Positions 14,560-28,417 of a stretch of 64,000 nt of DNA are shown here, in pieces. A program made the position numbers and the translations under genes. The stretch is from the human T2T-CHM13v2.0 reference genome, Homo sapiens. Under the pieces are notes generated by a model that was given only the letters and a program-made list of their open reading frames with translations, did no database searches and had not been told where the DNA came from. The stretch lies in NCBI RefSeq assembly GCF_009914755.1, contig NC_060947.1; one strand, written 5' to 3'. Each line of letters begins with the position of its first letter. Position 1 is the stretch's first letter.

Positions 14560-14995
14560 CTCCATTTCCCTCCTCTTATAATAGTTATACCCCACGTTCC
14601 CTCTGGTAAACCAACTGCTACCCAAGCCTTAGCTCAAGGGTGAAGTGTGTATCGTAGTCAAAGTCTATTGAGCATTCCATTCCCAGATCATCATAGTTGC
14701 CTGAGCAATGGGCATGTGACTCCATCAGAGGCAATGAAAACCCTGGAGGTTTTCCCTGAGACTTCTAAGAGAGGATACAGGGCCTGTATCCATATGAGGC
14801 CTGATGATTGCGCTGACAATTGAGCAAACAATACCAAGAAATAGAGATAAAAGGGATGTCTTGATATCATCTGAGTCCCGGGACAAGCTATGTCTGAAGC
14901 CATATTTGCTTGTGGATTGTTCAGCTATGTGAGCCTTCAAATTACTTAAGCTAGTTTGAGTTTTGCATTGCAAAGAAAAATACGTACTTGATGAA
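14560..14995 (+). mobile_element. Old MaLR LTR (MLT1K/L-like)
   Basis: gggcatgtgactccatcagag...ggacaagctatgtctgaagcc...ttaagctagtttgagtttt...ttgcaaagaaaa. Confidence 0.55.
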
Positions 14996-15249
14996 CCTTT
15001 GATACAACAGCTTTCAAATTTGTCTGCTATTTCCTTAACATGTGCAGCACATTTCTTCTCTATGTGGTTGTCAGAATGCCATGGTCAAGACACTCATTTA
15101 CTGGAAACTCTTTTTATTCCCATGGCTGAAGCCATCCACTTGCATACTGTCCTCAATCTGTCTTTCCCATCTTCTCCCCTAGCAGTCATTCCACACAAGC
15201 TCTACTTCAGCACCACTGTGCTTCTCCCTCAGGTCTTCTCTTCCCTCCC

Positions 15250-16300
15250 TTCCTTTCATTCATTGCATAAATGTTGAGTGAATGCTTCCTGAGTGCCAGG
15301 TATTGGATGCTGGGAATTCAGTTACAAACCAAACAGACAATAATCCTTGTCTTCATGAAGCTGGTAACAAATATGGAAAGACGGGCATTAAACAAACATA
15401 CAAGAAAAACATAGAGAAACACAAGGCAAAGAAGGGCAATGAGAAATGCTTGGGAAGACGCAGTTTTCAATAGGATTGTCAGTCCCAGAGAAGCTGACAT
15501 TTTAGCAGAAAACTCAAACTGATGAAGGAGTTGGAGAAAATCATTCCAGGTAGAAGGAAGGAAAAGAAAGCCAATGATAAAGGTCTTGAGTCAAGAGTGA
15601 TGAGGAGGTCTGTGAGGCTGGAAGAGAGTAGGAAAGGAGGCGGGTGGTAGGAAGGGGTCATAGGGCCAGGACCAGGTGTCATGGAGTCTTATGGGTCATA
15701 ATAAGGACTTCTGCACTTACTTGCAGTGGGTGGGGATCCACTGGAGATTTTGAACAGATGACTAACATGAAGCAGCATCACTCTGGCTGCTGAGTTGAGA
15801 GTAGAATGCATGGAGCCAGAGATAAAGCAAGGAGAGCAGAGAGGGCCTGCTGATCTACCCAGATAAGATGATGGGTCCTGAACCAGGGCAGTGAGGTGAT
15901 GAGAAATATTTCCACAGTGGACATAGTGAGGATAGAGGTAATAGCATTAATTTATTGGATGGAGAGAGAGAGAAGAGAGGGAGAGGGAGAAGAAAGGATG
16001 ACCTCAATGCTTGGGGCCTAGGCAACTAGAAAGATGGAGTTGCTGTTGACTGGTTTGGAGAAGCTGCAGGAGGAGAAGGTTGGGGGTCAAGTTTTGGAGT
16101 GTGGTTTTGATATGATAATGTTTAGAGGTTTGCAAGACATCCAAATGAAGGAGGTATCTTGTAGATAGTTGGCAATAAGGATTCAGAGTTCATAGGAGAG
16201 GTCTGGGTTGAACATAGACATTTAAGAGGCACATATAGATGGTATTTAAAACCCTGTGACCAGCTGCAGTGGCCTGGGTATGAAAATGGGGAGAAGGGAA
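15250..16300 (-). mobile_element. L2 LINE 3' portion
   Basis: cattcattgcataaatgttgagtg...tgccaggtattggatgctggg 3'-end signature, followed by purine-rich L2 body. Confidence 0.7.
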
Positions 16301-16645
16301 AGGGCAGGATATTTAGGTCAAGGGTGAGATTATTCTCTTACTGTATAAATTAAACAGAAAGACATCATTTTTACTGTATTTTTTCCAAAGATCATCACCC
16401 AACAGCCATGTGCTATTATAACAGTTTTTAAAAACGTAACACCTAAAGGGTGAAAATGAGAGGAAAGAGAACTCATATTTTTTTAATGAACAGCAGAGCA
16501 AAAAATAATATAGGACAAAAATGTATGTCCCGATCTCTTTTTTAGAAGAAAATTCCATAAACAAATTAGGAAAAGTACTTGCATTTTCATCCAGTTAGTT
16601 TAATTTAAAACTTGCTAGGCTTTGACATGTAATAAAAAATTTCGT

Positions 16646-16981
<336 letters not shown>

Positions 16982-19900
16982 TTAATTAAAGAATAAACAG
17001 TTAGAGTGCAAGCCCTTCAGAGTGGTGCAAGCATGACAATATTAATTCTTTGAGAGTATGTAGTATGTCTAAGATAAATTATCAACTTGGATGCATTATT
17101 AGAATAGGTTTCAGAAGTATCATTACTTAAAAAATAACTTTCCATAAATTTTTGTCAAGCTAGTCTGCAATTCAGAGGTTTTCCTCATTCAACTAGGCGA
17201 GCAATCATAATTACTGAGGTCTATTTTATGTAGCATATGTGACTCTTACTTGGTAACAAATGCAAATAGGAAGGGTCACAGTTATAAATCTATCTACAGT
17301 TTCCTTTTAAAAGGCCCATGGTACCATTTTGGCTTGGAGACACTATTTACAAATGCATAAAAAAGACATAGTTTAAAATTGTAGATCCATGTATTACAGG
17401 AAGGCAAATAATATTTTCCTATGTATTATGCAAAACTAACTACAGTTGTATATAATTCATTAGTTTATTTATAATCCATTTTGTTACAGAGTGATTTAAG
17501 GCAGCTTCAAAATGTATGTGATTAAACCACATTCTAAAAAATAAAGGAATGATTCAGAAAATTGGAGTCAGTGGGAAAATGAGGTAAAAAATTTGAAATG
17601 ATGCCTGAAACTGATTTTTTAATGTTCATACAACAGCACCCAGTACTGTTTTCCTATAATTCTTCTAATCTTTGGCTATAACTGCACATTTCGTTTCCTA
17701 ACATTTAATAAAAATTTCAAACTACTGGCTCAGTTATATTGGATGAACACTTATTTCTCTATTAATTTAGGTACTTAATGGAGAAATAAAAGTCAAGTAA
17801 ATAAACTGATAGGAAACAGCAGCTTGAAATAAGTAAGAAAGAAATATCTAGGTAGACCACTGACTTAAGCATACCTTTTCAGGAATTAGGATGCTGTAAA
17901 AAAAAATCTGACTGAGGCAACAGCCCCTGAAATCCAGTTTTGGCTCTGCTGTTTATAATTAATATAAACTTGGACACATCAATCACCTTCTTTAGGATTC
18001 TGTTCCCACATCTGAAAACATATGCATATTCATTTTACTTAATGGGGGGTGTTACGGGAATCAAAAGCGCTAAAAAAAAATGAAAATAGATTACCAATTG
18101 CAAAGAGATCTAGTAATAAAATGTTTTATTAGAAATAGATGAAATAAGTAAGTTAAACACTTGAAAAAATAAAAGCAGATAACATGGAGATGGACAATAT
18201 TTATTCTGCAGTTATTAGTTTTTATTAACAGTCATCCATTCGCTTTCAGAGAAGAAGCACTCTCTTCTCTTTTGCTTAACACTTCTTTTGGGTAACTCAG
18301 TTATGGGATTTTCTCTTGCTATGCCTCTGCTTCTAATCCCCCTCTGAATTTCTGGAGTTACAGCCTATGACCTCTTGGCCCTTCAACTGCAATGGTCTTG
18401 AAGTCAGACTCTGTGTAGCCTCACCCTTCCAGTTCCTTTGGCTAGACCTTGAATCTTCCCACCATTCAAGTCATTAGAAGGTAAATTTCCTGAAGGCAGG
18501 GATTATCTGATTTGTTTACCCAGAACTGAAACAGGCTCAGAAATTTGTAGTTTTCTTTCAGCTAGCCTCCCTCAAAGCTAGGGCAAGATCACGTATGCAC
18601 ATGCTGGTACCTGAAGTGGGGCATGTAGGAGCTTCTGGAAAAGGTTATCTTCCCTATTGAAAATGGGTACATGAAAAGAAACATCATCTCTTCATTAATT
18701 GATGCAATGATGGCTGGAAGAGATGCTGTTATCAACTGTAGCCATTTTGCAGCTGAAGATGGCAGAGCAGAGAGAGAGAGAGCAAAGTGCTACCCAGCTA
18801 CTGAAACTGTGCCCCCCCCCCCCCCATATTTACTGTGTCACATAATAAATGCTGATGTCGAAAGCCATTTGCAGTTGATTATTGTTCTCCTTGCCAGTCA
18901 AATGTTTCCTAAATGATGTCTCATTTTCCTCCTCTAACTTTGCCTTCCTACTCTTTCCTCTCTGGAAGGTCTTACCTGCACTTCTATGACCCTCACCCCG
19001 TCATTCACTTACACACTCTCTTGCTCAATTTTATGCTCTTTCAGAATACAAGCTAGGGTGGTGATTTCTACCCAGTGGATGTGCAGTGAATGTTGCTGAA
19101 ATGGCTAAAAATAATAATAATCTAAAATCACCCAGGATTATGGACTGCATGTGTTACGTTGCCCTTGTCTAGATGTTTCTCTCTACTTATCAGTGGTACC
19201 TATGTCATGCTGCAGCACAGTCTTCTTGCTGTTCATTTCTAGAGTGGGAAAATACATTTTCTTTCCCAACTGATTATCATCAGATTTTTTCTAAGTTCTT
19301 AAGCTATTTTTCTTATCAATACAAAAACTTCAAAACTTTTTGAAAAAGATAGCTCAATAATTAAACAACGTTTTCATTTTCTGCTTCTGGGATTTTTGTA
19401 TATAGCAAAATGGGAACTAAGGAGAAGGGTAGTGAAAGACATATTACATTTTTTAAAAAATCAAGCAATTCTGCATGTTAAAAAGAAGAAACGAAACCCA
19501 GCCCAAAGTGATTCTTCATTTACAATTCATTGTTTCACATCAAAATCTCTACTGGGCTTTAGTCAACCTTGTAACAATTCTAGATATTTTCTAAGGGTAC
19601 CATTTATGGTCTTGTTTATCTGGAGACTCAACTCCTTAGATTTTAATGAGTTCCTTCAAAGCATAATGCTGTTCCAAAAATCAAAAGAACTTTGGCCCCT
19701 CCTGCTTCAGAGAAAAAAATGTAAACACTGCACATATGAAAGAATAAAACTGTCACAATTAAAATCTACCCGATCAAATTAAAAATGAAACCTTGAATTA
19801 TTGCCTGGGGTATAACTGCTATGAGGTAGTTTATTCCATAAACCACTGAGAGAGAAAAGTGGTATGAGTTGAGTTTTCTCCATTTACTAAGTCACCACAA

Positions 19901-22215
19901 TAAACCATTAAGGGCTTTTTGAAGAGCTATTCCCAGGACCCAGCCCTACTGCACTTGTCACTGGATGTTCCACACCAATCCACCACTTTGCACTTGACCA
20001 AGAAGGATGCTTTAGCATTTAAAACCCAGCAAAAGTAAATAGCACTGGAAATCATGATGGCATTTTGTAGTTAACAAACACACTAAAAGAAATCACTTTG
20101 GCTGTTTATGGGAGCAAAAGCTCAAACAAGGACAGGCCCAGCTTAGAACCTTTGGCGTGGCTCTGTTGTGACAGGTGGTTTAATAATTTAAGGGGTCTGG
20201 GTGCACGGGAGGGTCAAGATGCATTAAATTCGGCAAATATTTCTCAAGTGCTTGATACATGTCAGGCAGCATGTTTTGGCAATTCAGGTACATTAGTGAA
20301 CAAATACAGTGGAAGGGTCCAGGGCTCATGGAACGATGTTGGAGGATAACTCAAGCAAAGATGAAAGAAATCAGCAGTCTTTGCTCCATGGCAACAGGTT
20401 AAAGGGAGTGGGAAAGGTTCAGGCATAATTTGCTTCTGCTTCCTTCCACCTTTGTGGGACACAAACAGTACACATGTTCTGTCTTTACAGACAGGGCCAA
20501 GTGAGCAGACTATAGCAGAACATTTGCTGGCTCTGGAAGCCATCTGCTGGCCTGAACATCAGGGGTGCTATGATTAGTCCAGCAGTATTACTGCTGTTAA
20601 AGGTCTTCATTCCTCATTTCCAGATTGGCTAAAACATATTTTCTTGTTCTTTCCCCACAAATGGACTCCATATCTGAGATACCACATCAAAATGCCTCTT
20701 CTTTTGTGTAAGGAGGCATCATGCTGTAGAAATAATTCATTTAGTCACTGCATCACTTGGGCAAACAAACTTGGCTTACTCCTCATGAAATGGTAGTGAG
20801 ATTTAAACAAGCCAATAATGTACGTAATGAGTAGCCCAACCCTGGCACGTAGACAGTGGTATTTGTGATATATAGAAAAGGAAATGGAAATCATATATAA
20901 TTATGTGGATATACTGGGAGGGGTGGTTTCTTGCTTGATGACCTGGATGAATGCTTGACTCTTTGACTTGGTGTGCAAAGTGGCTTTAAGAAAATGCGAT
21001 TTTCATCAGGGAATGAAGAGAACACAAAGCAAAGCTTGGCTTCTGACTCGGAATCCTCATCACAGCCTCTGACCCTTGCTCCCAGTAGTGCTCATTTGAA
21101 ATTTCCCACGTGCACTAAGCTGGTCCCCAGTTCAGGCTGACAACTCAGTGGGGTGGGAACACACTGGCTTTCCCACGTCTCCACTGCACTCCGGACTTTT
21201 CATCAGCTTACAAGGGTGGTGTCTTCTCTTTCTTGCCCCTCTCCTAAGAAGAAGTCCTAGTAAGAATCGTTTAATATCAGCCCTTAGAAGAAGCTGACAG
21301 TTTTCTCCATTCTGCTCTGAAGTTCTTACTAATCCCAAGAGCAATGATGAGTTTTCTCTGGAATTCCCAATATTAGTTACAGAAGTAACAACTTTCAGAA
21401 CAATTCATGTATCAATGACTTAGTCAGTGAGAACTTTCTGGTTAGGATAATACCAATGACTTTGTGTAGATATTAATGATTCTTATCCTTGATTTCCAGT
21501 GCTCCCACAGAGTATCATTTTATGTTAGCCAGTTTTTCAACAGGTGTTGATATCAGAAGTGGAGGGTCATGATTTAAAGGTAAGGGAATATAAGCAGTAT
21601 GGACACTGGACAAAATCGAAACAAAAATACATTTTTTTTCTAGTAATACAGAATTGCAATATTTATTCAACAAATAATTACTGAGCACCCATCTTTTGCC
21701 ATATACTTTCTAGGTGGTATGAATGTCAGTGAACAGAACAAACAAAAATCTCTGCCTTTATAAGGTTTGTATTCTGTTAGGTTTCAATAAGCATAAAAAT
21801 AAGTAAATTATATAGTGGGTTAAAAGGTAATAAATGCTATGGAATAAAAAGAGCAGAGTAAGGGCCTAGGAGTATATATGTGTGGGATCAGGTCACAGCA
21901 TTATACACAGTGGGCAGAGTGGGCTTGATTTCCAAGAAAACACCCAAACACGCTTTGATAGAGCAGGCACCTTATCCCTTTAATGTAATAATAGCAGAAA
22001 TCTTCCTTTAATGCCTAATATATGTTAATTCTGTTCTAGGTGCCTTAAAATGTCATTTCTAATTCTTATAACAGTCCTGTAAATTAGGTCACATTGTTTC
22101 ATCTTTTGGCTAGGGAAGTTAACTGTGGGGCCCAAGATTACATAGCAAATAAGTGGCTGAGCAGGGATTTGAATTTTGGTAGCTCATTCCAATGCACATG
22201 GTCTTTCTACCATAC

Positions 22216-22415
22216 CAGTGTTTCCCAAGATATGGTTTCCAAAGGTGTGGTTAGGAAACTACCAGAACTCTGTGGAGGTCTTCACTAGAAAGTGCAGATT
22301 ATTTCTGGGCCCCATCCCAGTGCTACTCAATCTGATTCTCGGGAGTGCATCCTAGGAATCTGAATGTCTAAGTTTCCTTGCAACTCTGCTGCACACTCAA
22401 GTTTGAGAACCACCA
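22216..22415. mobile_element. MER5-family MITE
   Basis: cagtgtttcccaaga...ctgggccccatcccag...cacactcaagtttgagaaccac. Confidence 0.6.
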
Positions 22416-24484
22416 TTATAATCTACTGCCTTCGTATTTTGATATCTGTGGTCATGATATCTGCTATTATGATCTATTTCCAGCTCAAGGATTTCCAAAC
22501 CAGTACCTGAAAAGCAAACAACCAATGCAAAAGACTGTCCTAGCCAGACTCTTAAATTGTGTGTCAACCTCTGCATCTAGGTTCCTCTTCTGTATTACAG
22601 GACGAAGCCAGGTTCTTTTCCGCCCTTTCCCATTAACTCAGAGAGTGGCCACTTGGGAGAGGCAGTCTCAGCATCAGGAAATGAAGGATGTTAGAACACC
22701 CAGAACAAATTTTGGGTCCCTGCCAGGCCTCTGTGAGCTTCTACATCCCTTCCACCAGTTATTTTATGGAATCACTGCCTCCAGGTCTGTTCTGCCTTCC
22801 AGGACAAGCTCACAGCTACCTTTCCTAACAAGTCTTCCTTTCTAATGCTAATAGAAGTGACACCTCCCTTTCCGAGCTCTTAAACCCAAGGACTGTGAAA
22901 CTGCACAATTACTAACTACTTTTAACCATCAGGCCCTGACTAGCTTCATCCTTCTTTGTTTGGAATTATAATAATTCTGAAAGCTTCTTTAAAAAGCCAA
23001 ACAAAACAAAACAACATAGCGACATACAAGATTACATTTTTGTCCACCCATGCAGATCAGCTTTGCTGACAAACCACCAGCCTTGGTATAGCCGACTAGT
23101 TTCTCAACTGCCAAATATGCCAAGATAATCTAAAATGTGATGAGATTAATTTTCTCCTGTGCTTTATAAAAAGGAAGGAAGGGAAGTCAGTGCTAGGGCA
23201 TAGCACCATGCAGATTTTACAACTAGAAGGGGTCTTGGCTATCATTCATTCAAATCTAGTATTTGATAACTAAAGAAATAGAAGAAGATGAGGTCATGTA
23301 GCCAATATATAACAGGGACAGGACGATAGTAAATTTTCTGGTTCCAGAGTCAGTTTCTTTTCATAGACCAAGACTTGAGATATTTGTCTCCCTCTTCCTC
23401 CCACTCCACTGTTATTTTTCTGAATATATGATTACCAGAATCCTTCTAAAGAGGTCAAGAATGATTACATTAATGGTTAACTTACTCCAAGAAAGGTATC
23501 CTTAATTTCTCCATGCCCAAATCTTTTCATACGTATAAGGAGTAAGGCTTGGTAATATGGAAATCATATGTCACAGAACAACCATTGAGTCATTCATTAA
23601 TTCAACCAATATTTATTGTGTTCCTACCATGTCCCAGGCACAGGGGTAATGCAGTAAAGAAAGTACTATAGATAGAAATGGACCAAAAAAATCATCCTGT
23701 CATGTAGTTTACATTTCTAGGGAGTGGCGAACATAAACGAGAAATTTGTAAGACCCAATGTTAACAGTGGTGAGTGCTAAGGGGAAAAAGCAGGGAAAGG
23801 AAATAGGGAGTGATGATGTGTGTGTGTGTGTGATGGAGGGTGGAGGTGCATTTTAGACAAGGTGGCCAGGAAAGGCCTCTATGAGAAGTAAAGACTATAA
23901 CTGGAGACCAAAAATATGAGAGAATGCCGACATCAATCCCTACAGAGAATGGCAAACAAAGATCAGATTTGGGAAAAGCTGGAAAAGGTAGAATACTGAT
24001 GTTTTTATACTGTTCTTAGTAATTCAGGTGGCAGGAAATGGAAAGAAGAGGGATGGCACAATTAAAATGGCAGCAGCTATATTTTCAAAGAAGCCAGGAA
24101 AACTTTTGTTGGTATCTGAGTTGAAAAGAAATGCTCGATGATATGTGGTTTCATATAAAGGAGAACTTTGCTTAGATAATAGAATTAAGTTTGATGAGAA
24201 GTATTATTTTGTTAAAAAAATCCAGAGAACATGAAGTAATGCCAAGACTACTTGGCAAGATGATATGTGACTTAAACTTGATGAAAATGTTGAAAAGTTC
24301 AGACATTTGATTCATCCAAATATGTAGTTAATTATGAGGATTTAGGCTGATGTGTAAATTTTATATAGAGTCAATTATTAATTCAACATTTTTTGAGAGC
24401 TTAGCATGTGCAACCCAGGGACAGTGCTTCAGAGACACAAACAGGAACAAGATGCCATTCTACCTCAGTGAACTTTTCATTTGC

Positions 24485-24780
24485 TCTTCCTCCTGGGGAT
24501 CCAACCAGGATACATTTTCAAGCCTCGCTTGAAGTTAAGTGTGGCTTGTGCATAAGTTCTGGCCAATGAGATTTGAGTGGACAAGATGGATGACCTTTCT
24601 GGGGTTGCCCGTAAAACTCTAAAAAATGTCAGAGCCTCAAAATACAAGGAGCTGGGATTCCTAAATCACCACCTGGAAGGCTGTCCACTTAACACCTGAT
24701 TAAACTTTATGTCAGAGTGATATTTATGTTTGTGTTAAAGTACTGACTTTTGAGGCAGCACGTGTTACCCAACTAATATA
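24485..24780 (+). mobile_element. Old MaLR LTR (MLT1J-like)
   Basis: acattttcaagcctcgcttgaagttaagtgtggc...agttctggccaatgagatttgagtgg...tgtgttaaagtactgac...actaatata. Confidence 0.55.
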
Positions 24781-25985
24781 ATTACTAATTAACAGTTGCA
24801 TAAACTGCTACAGTTTGCACAATACTTTCACGTATCAAATGATTCTGGTCACCACCCTGAGAATTACATCATCATTTTGTTTTTCCCATTTCTAAAGCTA
24901 GAATTGATGCATAATGAGTATTGAATTACTTGGTCACAATCACATAGGTAAGACACAGAGGGCAAATACTCTAAACTGCTGGGTCTCAAATTTACAAAAA
25001 GTAATTAGTATAAGACAAGCATGGACATAAATCTAATGCAAAGCACTTGATAAGTGTAGACAAACTACTAAAGAAATTTAAAAGAGGTAACTAGAATTCT
25101 CGGTTGAAGGAAGGAGCCACAAAAGGCTCTAGTGGAATAGGCAGGCTTTATAGCGTTTGCAAATTGACAAGAGAAATGGGAGAAAAAACATGAAGAAGGT
25201 TCCTGTAAATTTTGACATGCAATATTAGTGGTGAACAGAAATAGAAGAGAGTTGGCATTTGTTTTAATGTTTCAAGGGAAGTTGTAGCAAGCAATGCAGT
25301 TTGATGAAGGAAAACAGGAACTGGTAATTCAATACAAATCAAAAAAATATTTATTGAGTGCCTGCCAGATGGAGGGCTTTCCAAAAGTGTACAGAGGATA
25401 TGGAGAGGAGATAACAATGGTGCAGTCCTTGTTTTAAATGCATTTATACTCTACTAGGGGAAATGGTCATAAATTACTATACACAATGTTGGGCAAGATA
25501 AACATCAGTAAGAACAGTAATGGAGTTCAGGGGACAGAGAAGTGGCATGGGAAGGACAAAGGAAGGAGAGGTGAAGCTTCATGTAGGAGGTAAAATGTCA
25601 AGATTGACCTTGGAGGAGGTGAAACCACTGAGGATGCTTATGAATACATGAATTCATGAGGGACACAATTCCATAAAGAAGGGTTTTATTAATGTCTTGA
25701 GCAAGGACACTGCTTTATAATTAAGTGACTCCAAAATGTGACCATGGTTTAGAGGACAACAAAATGAAAATTATAATTTGGCATGTTTGTTTAAACATGG
25801 AGTCACAAACTCAAAATGACATCATAGTTGTGCAAATTTCTACTCCTGCTGAAACTGCCTGACTTCCAATGAATTCAGTGAGCAGCACTGCACCCCAGAG
25901 GGTGGTCTACTAGAATTTCATCCTGCCTCCAGAGGAAACCAATAGGCAGTTTGCTGTGATGTCCTGCCACAGAAGGGCCACCTAC

Positions 25986-26165
25986 CATGAACAGGGCTTC
26001 ATAATTTTCAATCATCTTTTGCACAACAGCGATGATGGCCGTGCTCTCCTCAGCCCGGGCTGAACTCTGAACTGAGAATTCTTTGTCTGATGACTTCTGC
26101 TTGTGCAGCAGGTTGGGTCCAAATATGGTGGCTAAGTTTAGAGATGTCATTTTATTCCCAGTGAC
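25986..26165 (-). CDS. ARHGAP6: ARHGAP6 coding exon 9 (180 nt): [20 protein letters not shown]...ENYEALFM, RhoGAP C-terminal part
   Basis: Acceptor ctgttctcttatag|GTCACT and donor TTCATG|gtaggt. Contains the RhoGAP NKMxxxNLAxxFGPNL motif; phase 0-0. Confidence 0.97.
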
Positions 26166-28192
26166 CTATAAGAGAACAGAACACAAGGACTGTTGTTATG
26201 TTTGCCTTTCAAGATACTGGGTGATTCAACAATCAATGAAACCTTTTACTCTCCTTTTTTTTTTTTAATCCTGCAAGGATGCCATCCTCTCTGTCAGAAT
26301 CCATGGAGGGCATCATTATTTTCCTTTTGCTTTAATATCTTGGATTGAAGCTCACAGTTCAGTGATCATCTCAATAGCATATTGAATAAAAATTTGCAAC
26401 TCTAAGTTGTTTATTGTAAAATGGGTACTACATAAAATTTCTATCCTGTTTGCACTTAAGAAATATTGACACCCATCCATCCATCTATCCATTTCTCCAT
26501 CCATCCCTTCATTCATCAACCCATAATCTCACCACTGATCCATCCACTCAGCACCTATCATAGGCTGGGCATTTTTCATATATTGTAATTATTTTAAAAT
26601 TTTTCCAATGATTACAACATAGTCCTTATTTTAAAGGTCTCTCATTCTAGGGAGGAAATAAACCTATCACTTACAGGTAATGAGTACAAAGTATAAAGCT
26701 CTCAACTCCAAAGGCCCCAGGGTCACTACCACAGAGGCGGAAGCATTTGCACAAACTCTCAAAAGAAGAATAGAGTTTGCTAGGCTGAAAAGCAAAGGAT
26801 CTGGGCTAGGGGGTAATTTTACAATGGAGAAAGCACCACACATGCAAAGACAGAAACATCTAAAATACGTCATGGAGCCCCAGGAAGCTCAGTGTGGTAG
26901 GGAGTTCTGCAGGAAAGGCAGGCAAGGGCCAGGTGAGATGATCTTCATGTGTCAGACCAAGGAATTCAAACTGTGATCTAAGGGCAAGAGGATTCTGAAC
27001 AGAGCAGAATGGAAATGGAATCTGCATTTCAGGAAGAGCAATCTATGGAACAGGGGATGGGGGATGCAAGGAAGTAGGACTACCTGGGACATACCACAAC
27101 AGTCTAGGCCACAGCAGCTAGCATCTGAACTAGGAAGGAAGAAGTAGGGATGAAGAGCAGCTTCCAAAGTTACGGAGGGGGTGAAGAGGATAATGCAGAG
27201 GGTAAGGATCTTGTGTTTTAACAAATGAAAAAATGGAAGGACAGTTAAGTGAGGAACATGAAGGGCTGAAAAGGGGTTCCTGGAGACTCCAGCACCCTTA
27301 AGGAGCAGCTGATGAAGGAGGCCAATAATGGGTGAGAAGTTACCATAAAAGAAACCTGTGTCCAAGAAGAAATGACAGGGGAGTTTCAAGTGAGTTATCA
27401 ACTGTGGCAGAGGGTCATCGAGATGTGACCCTTCCCTCCAGAATGGACTCTCTGATGGTTCTGATGTCCCAGCTAAGAGTCATGTCAGTGGTGTGGCAGG
27501 AATGAGCCACAGTTGCAGAAGTGGAAACAGTGAATGTAGACACTTTCTTCAAAAGATATCACAGAGAAGGAGGAAGAAGAAATGTAGGAGGAGCTAAAGG
27601 GGAGTACGGGGTGAAGGAAGGGAACTATTTTTTGCTTGAAGCATAAAAAATTATTCACATTCAATATATTAATAATTAGAAAGCACAGGTAAGCCAAAAG
27701 AAAAAAAAATGCCCATAATTTCACCACTGCCAAGAATCAGCCATTCCTATGCCTTCCTGTGCACATATATACATGTACACCTGATATTTTCTTCTTTAAA
27801 ACTGGGATCACATCCATATATTATTTTGTAACTTGCTTACTATCTCTTAACAACATGCTACAATAATCTTTCCACTACAAAAAAAAAAAAAATCCTGTCT
27901 TCAGGCTTCATTGGCCCCTAGAATCCCACTGCACGAATAAACCATGATGTTTTTTAACCACAGTCAACTAATAGGCATTGATGTCGTCTTGAATTTTCTG
28001 TTATTATAAGCAATGGTACAAAAAATATCCTTGAAAAGATATTTTGTGAGCTCGGGTGAGCACTTTTTAGGAGTAAATTCCTACAAGTTGAATTGTTGTA
28101 ATAAGGAATATGAACGTTTTCAAAGGTTTGGGAATTTTTTCTACTTGTCTTTCTTTCAGGTGAACGGGAGAGTCTGAGTAAGTTTCTCTAGG

Positions 28193-28417
28193 CTAGGGTT
28201 TCTCTACCTCGACACTAGTGACATGTAATACCAGATCATTCTTTGCTGTGGGGGCTGTCCTGTGCATTACAGGATGTGGAACAGCACCCCTGGCCTCAGC
28301 CCACTAGATGCCAGGAGCACCCCTGCCCTCAACCCACAGTTGTGACAACCAGAATTATCTCTAGACATGGTCGCAGGTCCCCTGTGGGGTAAAATTGCTC
28401 CTGGTTGAGAACCACTG
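28193..28417 (-). mobile_element. MER20 hAT-Charlie MITE, full length
   Basis: agggtttctctacctcgacact...ggggctgtcctgtgcatt...ccactagatgccag...gttgtgacaacc...ggttgagaaccactg. Confidence 0.85.

Noticed and set aside
18812-18825. C14 homopolymer
   Set aside because: Isolated run inside a probable old LTR fragment, with no further evidence of function.
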